DNA of 26,067 bases from a bacterium (GTDB lineage: Bacteria; Bacillota; Clostridia; TANB77; RGIG9151). The stretch spans positions 1-26,067 of the forward strand of contig CAVHFU010000017.1 in the NCBI GenBank assembly GCA_963635575.1. Reading direction: 5' to 3'. Positions 1-9,687 of this stretch are shown one piece after another; the first letter of the stretch is position 1; each line of letters opens with the position of its first letter. A program made the position numbers and the translations under genes. The notes beneath the pieces were generated by a model. The model worked only from the letters and a program-made list of their open reading frames with translations, searched no databases and had not been told where the DNA came from.

Positions 1-78
1 AAATTTTCCCGTTAATGTTTAAATTTTTTTAGGACATTTTCAAAAATTATTGACACATTTTAAGGAAAATTTATGTAA

Positions 79-1299
79 TCAACCTCGCATATATTTAATT
101 TCAAACTCTGTGCCTTTTTCTAGTTCGGAAGTCACTTCTATATACCCATTATCTTTCTCTATAATACTTTTTGCCAAAGATAATCCTATTCCTATGCTGT
201 CCTCACTACTATTTTTACTTTTATAAAATCTATCGAATATATGCTTAATATCTTCCTTTATTATTCCGTTGCCCTCATCCTTCACAATTATTTTCAAGAA
301 AAAATTATTGCACTCGGCTATTATGTATATTTTTGAATTTTCCCTACTATGTTCAATCGAGTTCTTAACAATATTAGTTAAAGCCTCAAGCTCCCAATTA
401 TAATCTCCGAAGAAAACAGCACCGTCCGGTATATTAACCTCAACACTCACATTTTTTACTTCTAATAAGATAGCTAAATTCCTAACTACATTTTGAACAA
501 GCTCCTCCACCTTTATCTCTTGCCTATTTAATTCAATAACACCTGCATCCAGTCTGGCTAGTTTAAGTAACGAGATAACAAGTGAACTAATCCAATCTAC
601 TTGATTGCTTATATCATTTATAAACTCATTTTTTGTTGTTTCATCCATTTGAGGATTTTCTTTTATGTTGTCTAGCATTATTCTAATCGAAGTGATTGGT
701 GTCTTTATTTGGTGAGAAATATCCGCAATCGAATCACTCAGTTGCGTTTTTTCTTTTATACTTATCTCGGCAGACTCTTTAAGCATTACAGTTATTTTAT
801 ATAATTCGTTTCTAAGCTTAGACAGTTCATCCTCTCCATTGTCAGAAATGTCTAATGAATAATCTTTATTGCTAACTGCGTTAATATATTTTTTTATTTC
901 ATCAAGCTTATTATTTTGCTTTGATATGTAAATAATAAAAGCAATTATTAGCGTTGCACCAAAAGCTATTAATATTAGAGTATTTATAAACGCTTGCTTA
1001 GCACTTTCTTCTTTATATGTTTCAATAATCGTGCTTCTTTCACTATATCCGTACTTTGCAAGAAAACTGTTATTTATATGCCCATCACTTTTTAATATTT
1101 CTAATATCTCATCCTCCGAAACGTCCGGATATTTTTTATTAATTCTTTCGATTATTCCACTTATCCGACTGTTAATAGCCTTATTATTGTTGCCTTGTTG
1201 CCACCTATTCACAAATGCAAAAAGCATTACAAATAAGAAAATTATAATAACCGATATAAGTACAATCCGCTTCCAATCATTTTTCTTTAAAAAAATCAT
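79..1299 (-). CDS. Sensor histidine kinase (two N-terminal TM segments, HisKA + HATPase_c)
   Basis: H-box SHQIKTPITSI, N-box NIVKNSIEHS, G1 VKDEGNGI and G2 GIGLSLAKSI. Hydrophobic segments IVLISVIIIFLFVMLFAFV and FINTLILIAFGATLIIAFIIYI flank a loop of about 70 aa. The start lies 10 nt after the response-regulator stop, with GAGG upstream. Confidence 0.9.
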   Translation of the reverse strand: MIFLKKNDWKRIVLISVIIIFLFVMLFAFVNRWQQGNNNKAINSRISGIIERINKKYPDVSEDEILEILKSDGHINNSFLAKYGYSERSTIIETYKEESAKQAFINTLILIAFGATLIIAFIIYISKQNNKLDEIKKYINAVSNKDYSLDISDNGEDELSKLRNELYKITVMLKESAEISIKEKTQLSDSIADISHQIKTPITSIRIMLDNIKENPQMDETTKNEFINDISNQVDWISSLVISLLKLARLDAGVIELNRQEIKVEELVQNVVRNLAILLEVKNVSVEVNIPDGAVFFGDYNWELEALTNIVKNSIEHSRENSKIYIIAECNNFFLKIIVKDEGNGIIKEDIKHIFDRFYKSKNSSEDSIGIGLSLAKSIIEKDNGYIEVTSELEKGTEFEIKYMRG

Positions 1300-1309
1300 T
1301 TTCCATACC

Positions 1310-1966
1310 TCACTTGTCCACTCTATATCCGATTCCCTTAACAGTTTTTATATTGTCATATTCTCCAAGTTTCGCCCTTACCCTTTTTATATATACTGTC
1401 AGAGTATTGTCATTTACGAAATTACCAGCCACATCCCAAATTTTATCTAAAATTTGTTCTCTTGTTATAGTCTTATTAAAATTACTATATAATAGCAGTA
1501 AAATCCTATACTCAAGTGCCGTAAAGCTAACTTCAACTCCGTTAACAAATACTTTTGTAGCCTCAGTATCAATGCTAACTTCTCCACACTCAAGTTTATT
1601 TCCACTTTCAAACCTTCTTAGAATAACATTAATTCTTGAAACAAGTTCTCTATTTCTAAAGGGTTTTACTATATAATCATCCGCTCCGGTATCTAATCCT
1701 TTTACCACATCTTTTTCCTCATCTTTCGCAGTAAGGAAGATGACTGGAATATCGTTAACCACCTTTATATATTTACAAAGTTCAAATCCATTTCCGTCAG
1801 GTAATGTAATATCTAAAATAATCAAGTCGAACTTTTCACTCGATATAGAGTTTTTCGCATCATTTATATTTCCACAAGTTTTAACTTCAAAATTCTCTTG
1901 TGTCAATAAATACTTTAACCCCTTTACTATGACTTCATTATCTTCTACTATAAGTATTTTTTTCAT
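1310..1966 (-). CDS. OmpR/PhoB-family response regulator (receiver + winged-helix DNA-binding domain)
   Basis: MKKILIVEDN, phospho-acceptor context LIILDITLPDGNG, DDYIVKPF, and a C-terminal TALEYRILLLL...VKGIGYRV winged-helix signature. RBS AAGGAGAA lies upstream of the ATG. Confidence 0.92.
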   Translation of the reverse strand: MKKILIVEDNEVIVKGLKYLLTQENFEVKTCGNINDAKNSISSEKFDLIILDITLPDGNGFELCKYIKVVNDIPVIFLTAKDEEKDVVKGLDTGADDYIVKPFRNRELVSRINVILRRFESGNKLECGEVSIDTEATKVFVNGVEVSFTALEYRILLLLYSNFNKTITREQILDKIWDVAGNFVNDNTLTVYIKRVRAKLGEYDNIKTVKGIGYRVDK

Positions 1967-1989
1967 AATCGTTCTCCTTATTGTAAAAT

Positions 1990-2058
1990 AAAAGACACAG
2001 TATATATAGCGACTTTACGATGTCATGTAGAGCGTAATTTATATATACTGTGTCTTTT
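1990..2058. repeat. Perfect 19-bp inverted repeat (aaaagacacagtatatata / tatatatactgtgtctttt) with a 31-nt loop, between the ABC permease stop and the response-regulator start. It may be a terminator/attenuator or an operator.
   Basis: Arms at 1990..2008 and 2040..2058 are exact reverse complements. On the minus strand the 3' arm runs into ATTTTA. Confidence 0.6.
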
Positions 2059-2110
2059 CGCATCACTTATGATAATATACTAAGCTTACTATACCTACTT
2101 GTCAATATTT

Positions 2111-4615
2111 CTAGATATTATCATTTCTTATTGTGTCTATAATGTTTTGCTTATTTATTTTATTGAGTGAATATTTCATAGTTATTCCAACAATTACAAA
2201 TACAAATACAGCACAAATTAATATGGCCTTAAGTGGTAAAACATATCCGGCATCAACACTGCTTGCATAGGAAGAATATATGAAATACGACCCAAGTATT
2301 CCTATCGGCACACCTATTAAAAGTGCTTTAACGCCATACATTATATTTTCAAGTCTAATCATTTTATTAAACTCATTAGTAGTCATTCCAACTGATTTTA
2401 ACATTGCAAATTCTTTGCTTCTTAAAATCATATTTGTTGTAATTGTATTAAATATATTAGTAACCCCAATCAATGTAATAACAGTAATAAAACCATACAA
2501 GAAAATAGAAATAACTAATACCATTCTATTTTCATTTTCGGCCCACTTTTCATAGTTAATAACATTCATATCCATGTATGTGTCATCATTCTCTATAAGA
2601 TTATTCAATGAATTTTCTAGATATGTTGGATTATTAGAATTAACATACAGCCTTAAATCTGTATATTCATTAATATTATCAATAAAATCCATAGATACAA
2701 AAATCATTCCTGTTTCGGAATATGATTTTTCCAATCCCATAGGTCTTTTATCCGTTTTCTTAAGCACTTTTACTTGATTTCCTGTTTTCCCTGGGATTTC
2801 TAAATCTATTATATCCCCTGATTTTATATCATAAATGTTATAAAATGTTTTCTTTCCACTTTCGTCCTCTTCTATAAAATCATCCACCAAAATAATGCCG
2901 GACTTATAGTCATTCTCCGAAACACCAATCTCCTTTAAGAATTTCTTGAAATATTCATTATTAAATGCAAAAACTGTAATGTACGGTTCAACATAATCAT
3001 TTTCAAACCTTTTGTTTCCATATTCACTATAATACTTTTGATCCATTTTAGCTTCATCAGAATAGAAATATGACATATCATCTGTATTCGCCAATTTAAT
3101 AATTTTATCTAGTGAGTTATTACTTTGAGCATACTTAACATTATTTAAGAATATCGCCGTATTGTACTTCATTTCAGTATAATATACATTTGAAATTGTA
3201 TCTCCATAATATATAAATGAGAACAATGATATAAATATAACTATACTTATAACTATTGAAACAACCGTAGTTCTATATTTACGTTTAATTCTCTTTAAAT
3301 TCTTACTAGCTATCACCCCTCCAATACCAAATATTTTGCTTATATAACTAGGCACTTTTAGTTTCTTTGCCTTTATTTTTACATCGTTATTTTCCCTTAT
3401 AGCTTCAATAGGAGATATCTTTGAAGCCCTTCTTGCCGGGATTAAACATGATAAATATATCGTTAAGAATGAAATTGCAACTGCAATTAGCATAGGTACA
3501 ACTGGTAAATTATATACAAAGTGGAACCTTCCTAAATTATCGGCAAGTAAGTAATTTACAATTTGAAGAAGAATGATTATTGCTATCCCCCCGCAAATTA
3601 TTCCTAGTGGCACAGCAATTAACCCAATAACAATTCCTTCAAAAACTACGCTTCGTTTAATTTGCTTTTTAGTTGCCCCTATACTAGAAAGCATACCATA
3701 TTGTCTATTTTTCTCAGCAACAGAAATACTAAAGCTGTTTCTTATTACAAATACACTACTAACAACTATTATGAACATAACAATTGAAGCAATTCCAACA
3801 ACAGTACGCATAGCTCCATTACTTAGTACGCCTTGGAATCTAAGTAACTCAGCATTTACAAATTGTTCATACTTACCATCTAAATTTAAAGTTTTATTAT
3901 TTTCCTTATACTCCCTAGGTTCCTTATACATTACAGATATATCTGCATTATTTTCTACTTTATCCATATATGTTATAACGGTATATCCGGGGAATGAGTA
4001 ACCTTCAATAGAATAATCAGGTCTTTCCATTATTCCGACTACTGTATAAGTTTTTTGAATTGCATTTCCTATGCTTTCCGGGTCTTCCGGATTATAATTC
4101 TGTGTCCTACTAGCCTTATATCCATCGTTAGTCACACGCTCTCCAACGTTCAACGTTATTTTATCTCCAATATTAAACCTAACCCTTGCATTATCCTTAA
4201 TGTGTTCAGAAATCACAAGTTCACTAGAGTTTTTAGGCAGTCTTCCCTCAGTCAATATAACAGCGTTATTTAATAAAGCATTTTCATCATATTCGTCTAC
4301 ACACAAGTACGGTTTATACTTATTCTTAGAACCTTCTAATTTAGCAAAACCTATTCTATGTGTTAAAAAATATGACTCTACATTAACATTATCCTCTATA
4401 TACTTAAGTTCTTCGCTAGGCACATCAAAAAATCTTGTATGGTATGTTCCAACGCTTTCCTTTACCTCATTGATAAGAGTTTGCTGAGAACTGGATACAA
4501 GACCCATAACACCACAAATAAGAGAAGTAGACAACATTATACCAATTATTGTAACTATTGTTCTTTTCCTATTTAGCCTTAAATTCCTTATAGTAAATTT
4601 TTTCAATATATTCAT
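2111..4615 (-). CDS. ABC transporter permease, tandem FtsX/MacB-type (2 x [1 TM + large extracytoplasmic domain + 3 TM])
   Basis: 834 aa. The N-terminus MNILKKFTIRNLRLNRKRT is typical of FtsX-family permeases. There are eight hydrophobic segments arranged 1+3 / 1+3, with two soluble inserts of about 220 aa. The gene lies 5 nt downstream of the ATPase gene. Confidence 0.9.
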   Translation of the reverse strand: MNILKKFTIRNLRLNRKRTIVTIIGIMLSTSLICGVMGLVSSSQQTLINEVKESVGTYHTRFFDVPSEELKYIEDNVNVESYFLTHRIGFAKLEGSKNKYKPYLCVDEYDENALLNNAVILTEGRLPKNSSELVISEHIKDNARVRFNIGDKITLNVGERVTNDGYKASRTQNYNPEDPESIGNAIQKTYTVVGIMERPDYSIEGYSFPGYTVITYMDKVENNADISVMYKEPREYKENNKTLNLDGKYEQFVNAELLRFQGVLSNGAMRTVVGIASIVMFIIVVSSVFVIRNSFSISVAEKNRQYGMLSSIGATKKQIKRSVVFEGIVIGLIAVPLGIICGGIAIIILLQIVNYLLADNLGRFHFVYNLPVVPMLIAVAISFLTIYLSCLIPARRASKISPIEAIRENNDVKIKAKKLKVPSYISKIFGIGGVIASKNLKRIKRKYRTTVVSIVISIVIFISLFSFIYYGDTISNVYYTEMKYNTAIFLNNVKYAQSNNSLDKIIKLANTDDMSYFYSDEAKMDQKYYSEYGNKRFENDYVEPYITVFAFNNEYFKKFLKEIGVSENDYKSGIILVDDFIEEDESGKKTFYNIYDIKSGDIIDLEIPGKTGNQVKVLKKTDKRPMGLEKSYSETGMIFVSMDFIDNINEYTDLRLYVNSNNPTYLENSLNNLIENDDTYMDMNVINYEKWAENENRMVLVISIFLYGFITVITLIGVTNIFNTITTNMILRSKEFAMLKSVGMTTNEFNKMIRLENIMYGVKALLIGVPIGILGSYFIYSSYASSVDAGYVLPLKAILICAVFVFVIVGITMKYSLNKINKQNIIDTIRNDNI

Positions 4616-4620
4616 CTTAC

Positions 4621-5298
4621 TTAGTTCCTTTCATCTCTTAAAATTTTACCGTCTTCAATTGTAATTACTCTATCTGCCTGTTTAGCTATGTCCAAGTCAT
4701 GTGTAATAACAATAAGAGTTTGGTTAAACTTCTTATTTGAAAGTTTTAGTAATGAAATAATTTCCTCACTCGATTTTGAATCTAGATTTCCTGTTGGCTC
4801 ATCTGCAAGCATTATTGCAGGATTATTTATCATAGCACGGCCAATAGAAACTCTTTGCTGTTGACCACCGGATAATTCGTTTGGTAAATGTAATCTCCTA
4901 TTTTCAAGTCCTAAGGTTTTAAGCAACTCAGCCAAGTGTTTTTCATCAGCCTTTTCACCATCTAGTTCACAAGGCAATGTGATGTTTTCTACTACATTCA
5001 AAATAGGTATTAAGTTATAAAATTGATAAATAAGTCCTATTTGACGTCTTCTAAAAATAGCTAGATTATCATCATTTAGTGAATAAATATCTTTCCCGTC
5101 AATAAAAACTTTGCCCGAAGTTGGTCTATCTACTCCGCCAAGTAAATGAAGCAATGTAGATTTACCACTACCGCTCGCACCTATTATCGCAACAAACTCA
5201 CCCTTTTCTACTGAAAAGGATACGTTATCTACTGCCTTTACTGTATTTTCCCCTTTTCCATATGTCTTACATAGATTTTCAACTCTTAGAATTTCCAT
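4621..5298 (-). CDS. ABC transporter ATP-binding protein (MacB/LolD-like)
   Basis: Walker A GASGSGKST, signature LSGGQQQRV, Walker B IMLADEPT and H-loop ITHD. I moved the start from 5337 to the ATG at 5298 (MEILRVENL) because AGGAGG sits 7 nt upstream of it. The 13-codon extension has no RBS. Confidence 0.92.
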   Translation of the reverse strand: MEILRVENLCKTYGKGENTVKAVDNVSFSVEKGEFVAIIGASGSGKSTLLHLLGGVDRPTSGKVFIDGKDIYSLNDDNLAIFRRRQIGLIYQFYNLIPILNVVENITLPCELDGEKADEKHLAELLKTLGLENRRLHLPNELSGGQQQRVSIGRAMINNPAIMLADEPTGNLDSKSSEEIISLLKLSNKKFNQTLIVITHDLDIAKQADRVITIEDGKILRDERN

Positions 5299-5322
5299 AC
5301 TTCTTCCTCCTTTATGCTTTGA

Positions 5323-5354
5323 ATTATATAGAAACAATGTGACTTTAAAATGAC
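5323..5354 (-). promoter_or_regulatory. Candidate promoter of the ABC operon: TATAAT -10 plus direct repeat GTCATTTT-N3-GTCACATT over a poor -35
   Basis: The minus strand reads ttGTCATTTTaaaGTCACATTgtttctaTATAATtc. The repeats are spaced 11 nt start to start, and the -35 hexamer is weak (ATTTTA). Confidence 0.3.
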
Positions 5355-5384
5355 AAAAGAGCCATATTTTCTATGACTCTTTTT
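5355..5384 (-). terminator. Rho-independent terminator after the carrier-protein gene
   Basis: The minus strand reads AAAAGAGTCATA-GAAAA-TATGGCTCTTTT, then GTCATTTT. The stem has one mismatch. Confidence 0.7.
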
Positions 5385-5387
5385 CCT

Positions 5388-5600
5388 CTAAAACAACCTA
5401 CAAATTTCCCCTACAGTTTTACAACTCTTAAGTTGAGCCTCATCTATGCTCACACCTTTAGCTATCAGCTCCATCTCAAGATTTACTATATTAAGTGATT
5501 CCCAACCGTTAAGTGAATTTAACTCAGTCGCTTCTTGTAGAGAAAATTTTGGCTCATGTAAAATTTTTTCTATAAATTCAAGTTTTTCGTCTATTGACAT
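5388..5600 (-). CDS. Small acyl/peptidyl carrier protein-like protein (ACP/DltC-like, 70 aa)
   Basis: Its length, acidity and the motif NGWESLNIVNLEMEL resemble the (D/E)SL phosphopantetheine-attachment helix of carrier proteins. The start lies 2 nt after the upstream stop, with GGAGGGG inside the upstream gene's end. Confidence 0.6.
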   Translation of the reverse strand: MSIDEKLEFIEKILHEPKFSLQEATELNSLNGWESLNIVNLEMELIAKGVSIDEAQLKSCKTVGEICRLF

Positions 5601-5602
5601 CT

Positions 5603-7015
5603 CTATTCCCCTCCTATAGTTTCAGCAATTATCTTGGATAACTTCTTAGCACCATTTGAATTTAAATGGTCATAATCTTGAAAATCAGCCTCTGAAAAAT
5701 ACTCGGAATTGAATAAATCAATAAGTGTGCAACATTTATGATTATTTACCGTGTCCATTACTAGCTTATTATATACCTGCACCATTTCGGGTAAAACCCA
5801 TTTTTTATAAAACTTAGTAGTAGGCGGAATAAAAAATATAACTCTTTTTCCTAGCTCCTCCATATTATCCAAAAATCTGTCTAACAGCTTTTGGTTCGCC
5901 ATTCCTTTATCAATATCAAATATAGAGTTGTGTGCATTAGCCCGTACCTTCGCACTTGCAAAATTCTGTTCATCGCTTTTTTCCTTAAAATCATAGCTAA
6001 GTAATCCGCCGGTAGGTCGCACATTAATAGGATTATAATACGGTAAATTCTCTAAATCTCTTTTTACGGCCTCATAGTACATATCTCTTACTTCTTCAAA
6101 ATTTACTAGTCTTTCATATAGAGGAGACTTCATCACCTTATTATAAAGTGGCAATAATTTTCCGGTATATCCATGTAAATTGTTGTACACAGGATAATTA
6201 ACCTTACTTAAAACATTCTGCATATAATCAGACGGCTTATCCGCCATATTCGTAAAAAAGAAGTAATACGAAATCGGCATAACTATTGTTCCCAACTTAG
6301 ATGAGCATTTAATTGCCTCCTTGACAGAAAGTAATGAATAGTATAAATCTTGGGCATTTACAGCAACATTAGATGCTGATTTTGGCATTTCATCTTCTAG
6401 TAAGCCTACCATAGCATAACTAGAACCGGTAATTAAAATCTCGCTTTGTTGTTCCTTTATTCGGTTTAGCTTTGCATTTAAGTATAATCTGTCATATGTA
6501 AAAATATCTATCGGATAACATTCACTTACCGCTCCAATAAGATCCTCCAAATCCAACACAATATCCACTGCATTCATTAGCTCTTCACTTACCGCTTCGC
6601 CCTTTTTATAAATTAAATACTTAAGCTCATTCTTCATTCCATAAGCAGTATCAATACAATCAGACTCATTTTGAATAGCAATAACCTTTACATCTTTATT
6701 AAACTTTAATTTAACCTTATCAGTAACAAAGATAGCCACATCAAACTTATTTACCATTTCATCCTGCATATTAATTAATGCTTGTTTTAAGTTATAACAC
6801 AAACGTCCCGTAACACTTTTCCCTTGGACTATTGCCTCAGCAACGCTTATCAGTTCACGTTCCACACCATTAAAACTATTAAGCTCGCCTATAATTTTTA
6901 CACTCCCGGCAAGCCAACCGGACACTTCTTGGACAGTATCAAATAGTGTCACCGACTCATTTGTGTTAAACTTTTCTATAAACTGCGACAAACATAAAAG
7001 TGTGATTTTATCCAT
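5603..7015 (-). CDS. Cytoplasmic SGNH/DltD-like hydrolase or acyltransferase with an unrecognised N-terminal domain of about 180 aa
   Basis: The C-terminal half carries ILITGSSYAMVGL (a G-S-S nucleophile-like block) and the terminal DYDHLNSNGAKKLS (DxxH block). No TM segment or signal peptide is seen. RBS AAGGAGA lies 13 nt after the valS stop. Confidence 0.5.
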   Translation of the reverse strand: MDKITLLCLSQFIEKFNTNESVTLFDTVQEVSGWLAGSVKIIGELNSFNGVERELISVAEAIVQGKSVTGRLCYNLKQALINMQDEMVNKFDVAIFVTDKVKLKFNKDVKVIAIQNESDCIDTAYGMKNELKYLIYKKGEAVSEELMNAVDIVLDLEDLIGAVSECYPIDIFTYDRLYLNAKLNRIKEQQSEILITGSSYAMVGLLEDEMPKSASNVAVNAQDLYYSLLSVKEAIKCSSKLGTIVMPISYYFFFTNMADKPSDYMQNVLSKVNYPVYNNLHGYTGKLLPLYNKVMKSPLYERLVNFEEVRDMYYEAVKRDLENLPYYNPINVRPTGGLLSYDFKEKSDEQNFASAKVRANAHNSIFDIDKGMANQKLLDRFLDNMEELGKRVIFFIPPTTKFYKKWVLPEMVQVYNKLVMDTVNNHKCCTLIDLFNSEYFSEADFQDYDHLNSNGAKKLSKIIAETIGGE

Positions 7016-7028
7016 TAAGTAATCTCCT

Positions 7029-9668
7029 TTACTTTAGACCTTCCATACTCTTTTCAATGTTGCCTAAAATAGCTTTTAGCTCTTCACATCTGTTTCTAAT
7101 CTCGTTAACCTTAGCTTCAGGTGCTTTTGTAACAAATCCTTGATTATTTAGCATTGCACTTAATTTACCAAATTCAGCAGTTGCTTTTTCTTTCTCTTTA
7201 TTAAGTCTTGCAAGTTCTGCTTCTTTATCTATTAGTTCGGCTAAAGGAATATATGCTTCTACTCCGGGAGCAGTAACAGACAATGCATTTTCAGGTATGT
7301 TCTCTTTAACTTTAGTTACAATAATATCTTCTCCAAATCCAAGTTTCTTTATAAAAGCATCTCCATCCTTTATAGCATTATCAAAAGTCTCAGTAACAAA
7401 TATAATTTGAGATTTCTTTGCAGGATGGATGTTCATATTTGCACGAGCGTTTCTAATGCTTGTAATAATTTGCTTTAATACTTCGACTTGTTCCTCTTCA
7501 GTATTAAAATCAAACTTTTCTTCTGCCTTTGGCCAATCTGTAAGCATTATTGTCTTTTCAGCACCAATAAGCTTTGTATATATTTCTTCGGTAACAAACG
7601 GCATAAATGGATGTAATAATTTAAGTGCACAAGTTAAAACATAATTTAATGTAAATTCTGCTTCCAGCCTTGTTGGGTTTTCTGCATCATATAACCTTGG
7701 TTTTACCATTTCTATATACCAATCGCAGAATTCGTCCCAAATAAAATCATAAATCTTTTGTAGCGCAACACCTAAATCGTAATTATTGATATTTTCAGTG
7801 ACTTCACGAATAGTTTTGTTTAACTTGCTTAAAATCCATTTATCTTCAATCTTAAGCTTGTTTATATCGTAATTAAATATTTCTTCATCACGAGTCAAAT
7901 TCATTAAAACGAATTTGGAAGCATTCCATATCTTATTTGCAAAGTTTCCGGCGGCCTCAATCTTCTCAGGCATATATCTTAAATCATTTCCAGGCGAAGT
8001 ATTAAGAACCAACGAGAATCTTAGTGCATCTGTTCCGTATTGGTCAATAACTTCAAGTGGGTCAATACCATTTCCAAGCGATTTAGACATCTTTCTGCCT
8101 AGACTATCCCTTACAATACCATGAATAAACACTGTATTAAACGGAACTTCTCCGGTATGTTCAATAGCTGAGAATATCATTCTTGCAACCCAGAAGAAAA
8201 TAATATCATATCCTGTAACTAAGGTACTTGTAGGATAGAAATATTTTAAGTCTTCTGTTTCCTTCGGATATCCTAATGTAGAAAACGGCCATAATGCAGA
8301 ACTAAACCAAGTATCTAATGTGTCCTCATCTTGATGTAAATTTGTGCTACCGCACTTTGTACACTTTTCCGGTGTAGTTGCCGAAACCATAGTTTCTCCA
8401 CATTCGTTACAATAGTACGCCGGTATTCTATGTCCCCACCAAATTTGTCTTGAAATACACCAATCTTGAATGTTTTCCATCCAATTGTAATAAGTCTTAG
8501 CAAATCTCTCAGGAACGAATTTTGTCTTTCCTGCTTTAACAGCCTCTATTGCAGGTTTTGCTAAAGGTTCCATTTTTACAAACCATTGTTCAGAAGGCTT
8601 AGACTCTATTGTACTATGGCATCTATAACATTTTCCTACGTTATGTGCATAGTCTTCTATCTTAACTAAAACTCCCTCTTTTTCCAAGTCTTTTACGATT
8701 TCTTCTCTTGCTGTTAATGTGTCCATTCCTTTGTACTTAGGAACAATATCAAGCATTTTAGCTTCATCATCAAACACATTAATAATCTCTAAGTTATGTC
8801 TTAATGCCGTTGCATAGTCGTTAGGGTCGTGTGCAGGAGTAATTTTTACTGCACCCGTTCCAAATTCTTTTTCAACAAAATCATCTGCAACTATTGGGAT
8901 CTCTTTATTAACTAAAGGAAGTACAACTGTTTTACCTATCAAATCCTTATATCTCTCATCATCAGGATGAACTGCAACAGCAGTATCTCCAAGCATAGTT
9001 TCCGGTCTTGTTGTAGCAACAACAACGCTATACTTGCCATCCTTAGAAGAATATCTTATGTGCCATAAATGACTTGCCTCTTCTTCAAACTCGACCTCAG
9101 CGTCAGAAATAGCAGTTTTGCAACATGGACACCAGTTAGTCATTCTCTTACCTTTATAAATAAGTCCTTTATTATATAAATCAACAAATACTTTTAGAAC
9201 AGCCCCAGATAATCCTTCATCCATTGTAAATCTTTCTCTGTCCCAATCGCAAGAACATCCGATTTTTCTAAGTTGTTTTACAATAGTTCCACCATATTCC
9301 TTTTTCCATTCCCAAGCTTTTTCTAAAAATTGTTCTCTTGTTAAATCCTCTTTCTTTATTCCTTCTTTTTTAAGAGCCTCAACAATCTTAGCCTCTGTCG
9401 CAATAGCAGCATGATCAGTTCCAGGAATCCAAAGAGCATTGTAACCCATCATTCTCTTAAATCTAATTAAGATGTCTTGAAGTGTGTTATCTAACGCGTG
9501 TCCCATGTGTAACTTACCTGTTATGTTTGGAGGTGGCATAACAATAGTAAATGGTTCTTTATTCTTATCTACTTTAGCCTTAAAGTAACCATTCTCCTCC
9601 CATTTTTTATATAGTTTTTCTTCAAAATCTTTAGGTATGTACTTATCATTAAGTGTTCCTTTACCCAT
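7029..9668 (-). CDS. valS: Valine--tRNA ligase
   Basis: 879 aa with HIGH motif PPNITGKLHMGHAL, KMSKS motif GRKMSKSLGN, a CP1 editing-domain region and a C-terminal coiled coil. A T-box leader lies upstream. Confidence 0.97.
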   Translation of the reverse strand: MGKGTLNDKYIPKDFEEKLYKKWEENGYFKAKVDKNKEPFTIVMPPPNITGKLHMGHALDNTLQDILIRFKRMMGYNALWIPGTDHAAIATEAKIVEALKKEGIKKEDLTREQFLEKAWEWKKEYGGTIVKQLRKIGCSCDWDRERFTMDEGLSGAVLKVFVDLYNKGLIYKGKRMTNWCPCCKTAISDAEVEFEEEASHLWHIRYSSKDGKYSVVVATTRPETMLGDTAVAVHPDDERYKDLIGKTVVLPLVNKEIPIVADDFVEKEFGTGAVKITPAHDPNDYATALRHNLEIINVFDDEAKMLDIVPKYKGMDTLTAREEIVKDLEKEGVLVKIEDYAHNVGKCYRCHSTIESKPSEQWFVKMEPLAKPAIEAVKAGKTKFVPERFAKTYYNWMENIQDWCISRQIWWGHRIPAYYCNECGETMVSATTPEKCTKCGSTNLHQDEDTLDTWFSSALWPFSTLGYPKETEDLKYFYPTSTLVTGYDIIFFWVARMIFSAIEHTGEVPFNTVFIHGIVRDSLGRKMSKSLGNGIDPLEVIDQYGTDALRFSLVLNTSPGNDLRYMPEKIEAAGNFANKIWNASKFVLMNLTRDEEIFNYDINKLKIEDKWILSKLNKTIREVTENINNYDLGVALQKIYDFIWDEFCDWYIEMVKPRLYDAENPTRLEAEFTLNYVLTCALKLLHPFMPFVTEEIYTKLIGAEKTIMLTDWPKAEEKFDFNTEEEQVEVLKQIITSIRNARANMNIHPAKKSQIIFVTETFDNAIKDGDAFIKKLGFGEDIIVTKVKENIPENALSVTAPGVEAYIPLAELIDKEAELARLNKEKEKATAEFGKLSAMLNNQGFVTKAPEAKVNEIRNRCEELKAILGNIEKSMEGLK

Positions 9669-9687
9669 AAAAAACTCCCCTTTCTAC

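Noticed and set aside
2111-5298. Calling the ABC/TCS module a Bce-type bacitracin-resistance system
   Set aside because: BceB-type permeases have 10 TM segments with a single large loop, and BceS-type kinases have almost no extracellular loop. Here the permease is a tandem 4+4 TM MacB-like protein and the kinase has a loop of about 70 aa. Only the generic call is supported.
5299-5337. 13-codon N-terminal extension (MFLYNSKHKGGRS) of the ABC ATPase ORF
   Set aside because: The extension contains the AGGAGG that serves the internal ATG at 5298. Homologous ATPases start at the equivalent of MEILRVENL.
8315-8503. 62-aa minus-strand ORF inside valS
   Set aside because: It is an alternative frame entirely within the conserved ValRS coding sequence. 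It has no RBS and no plausible independent function.
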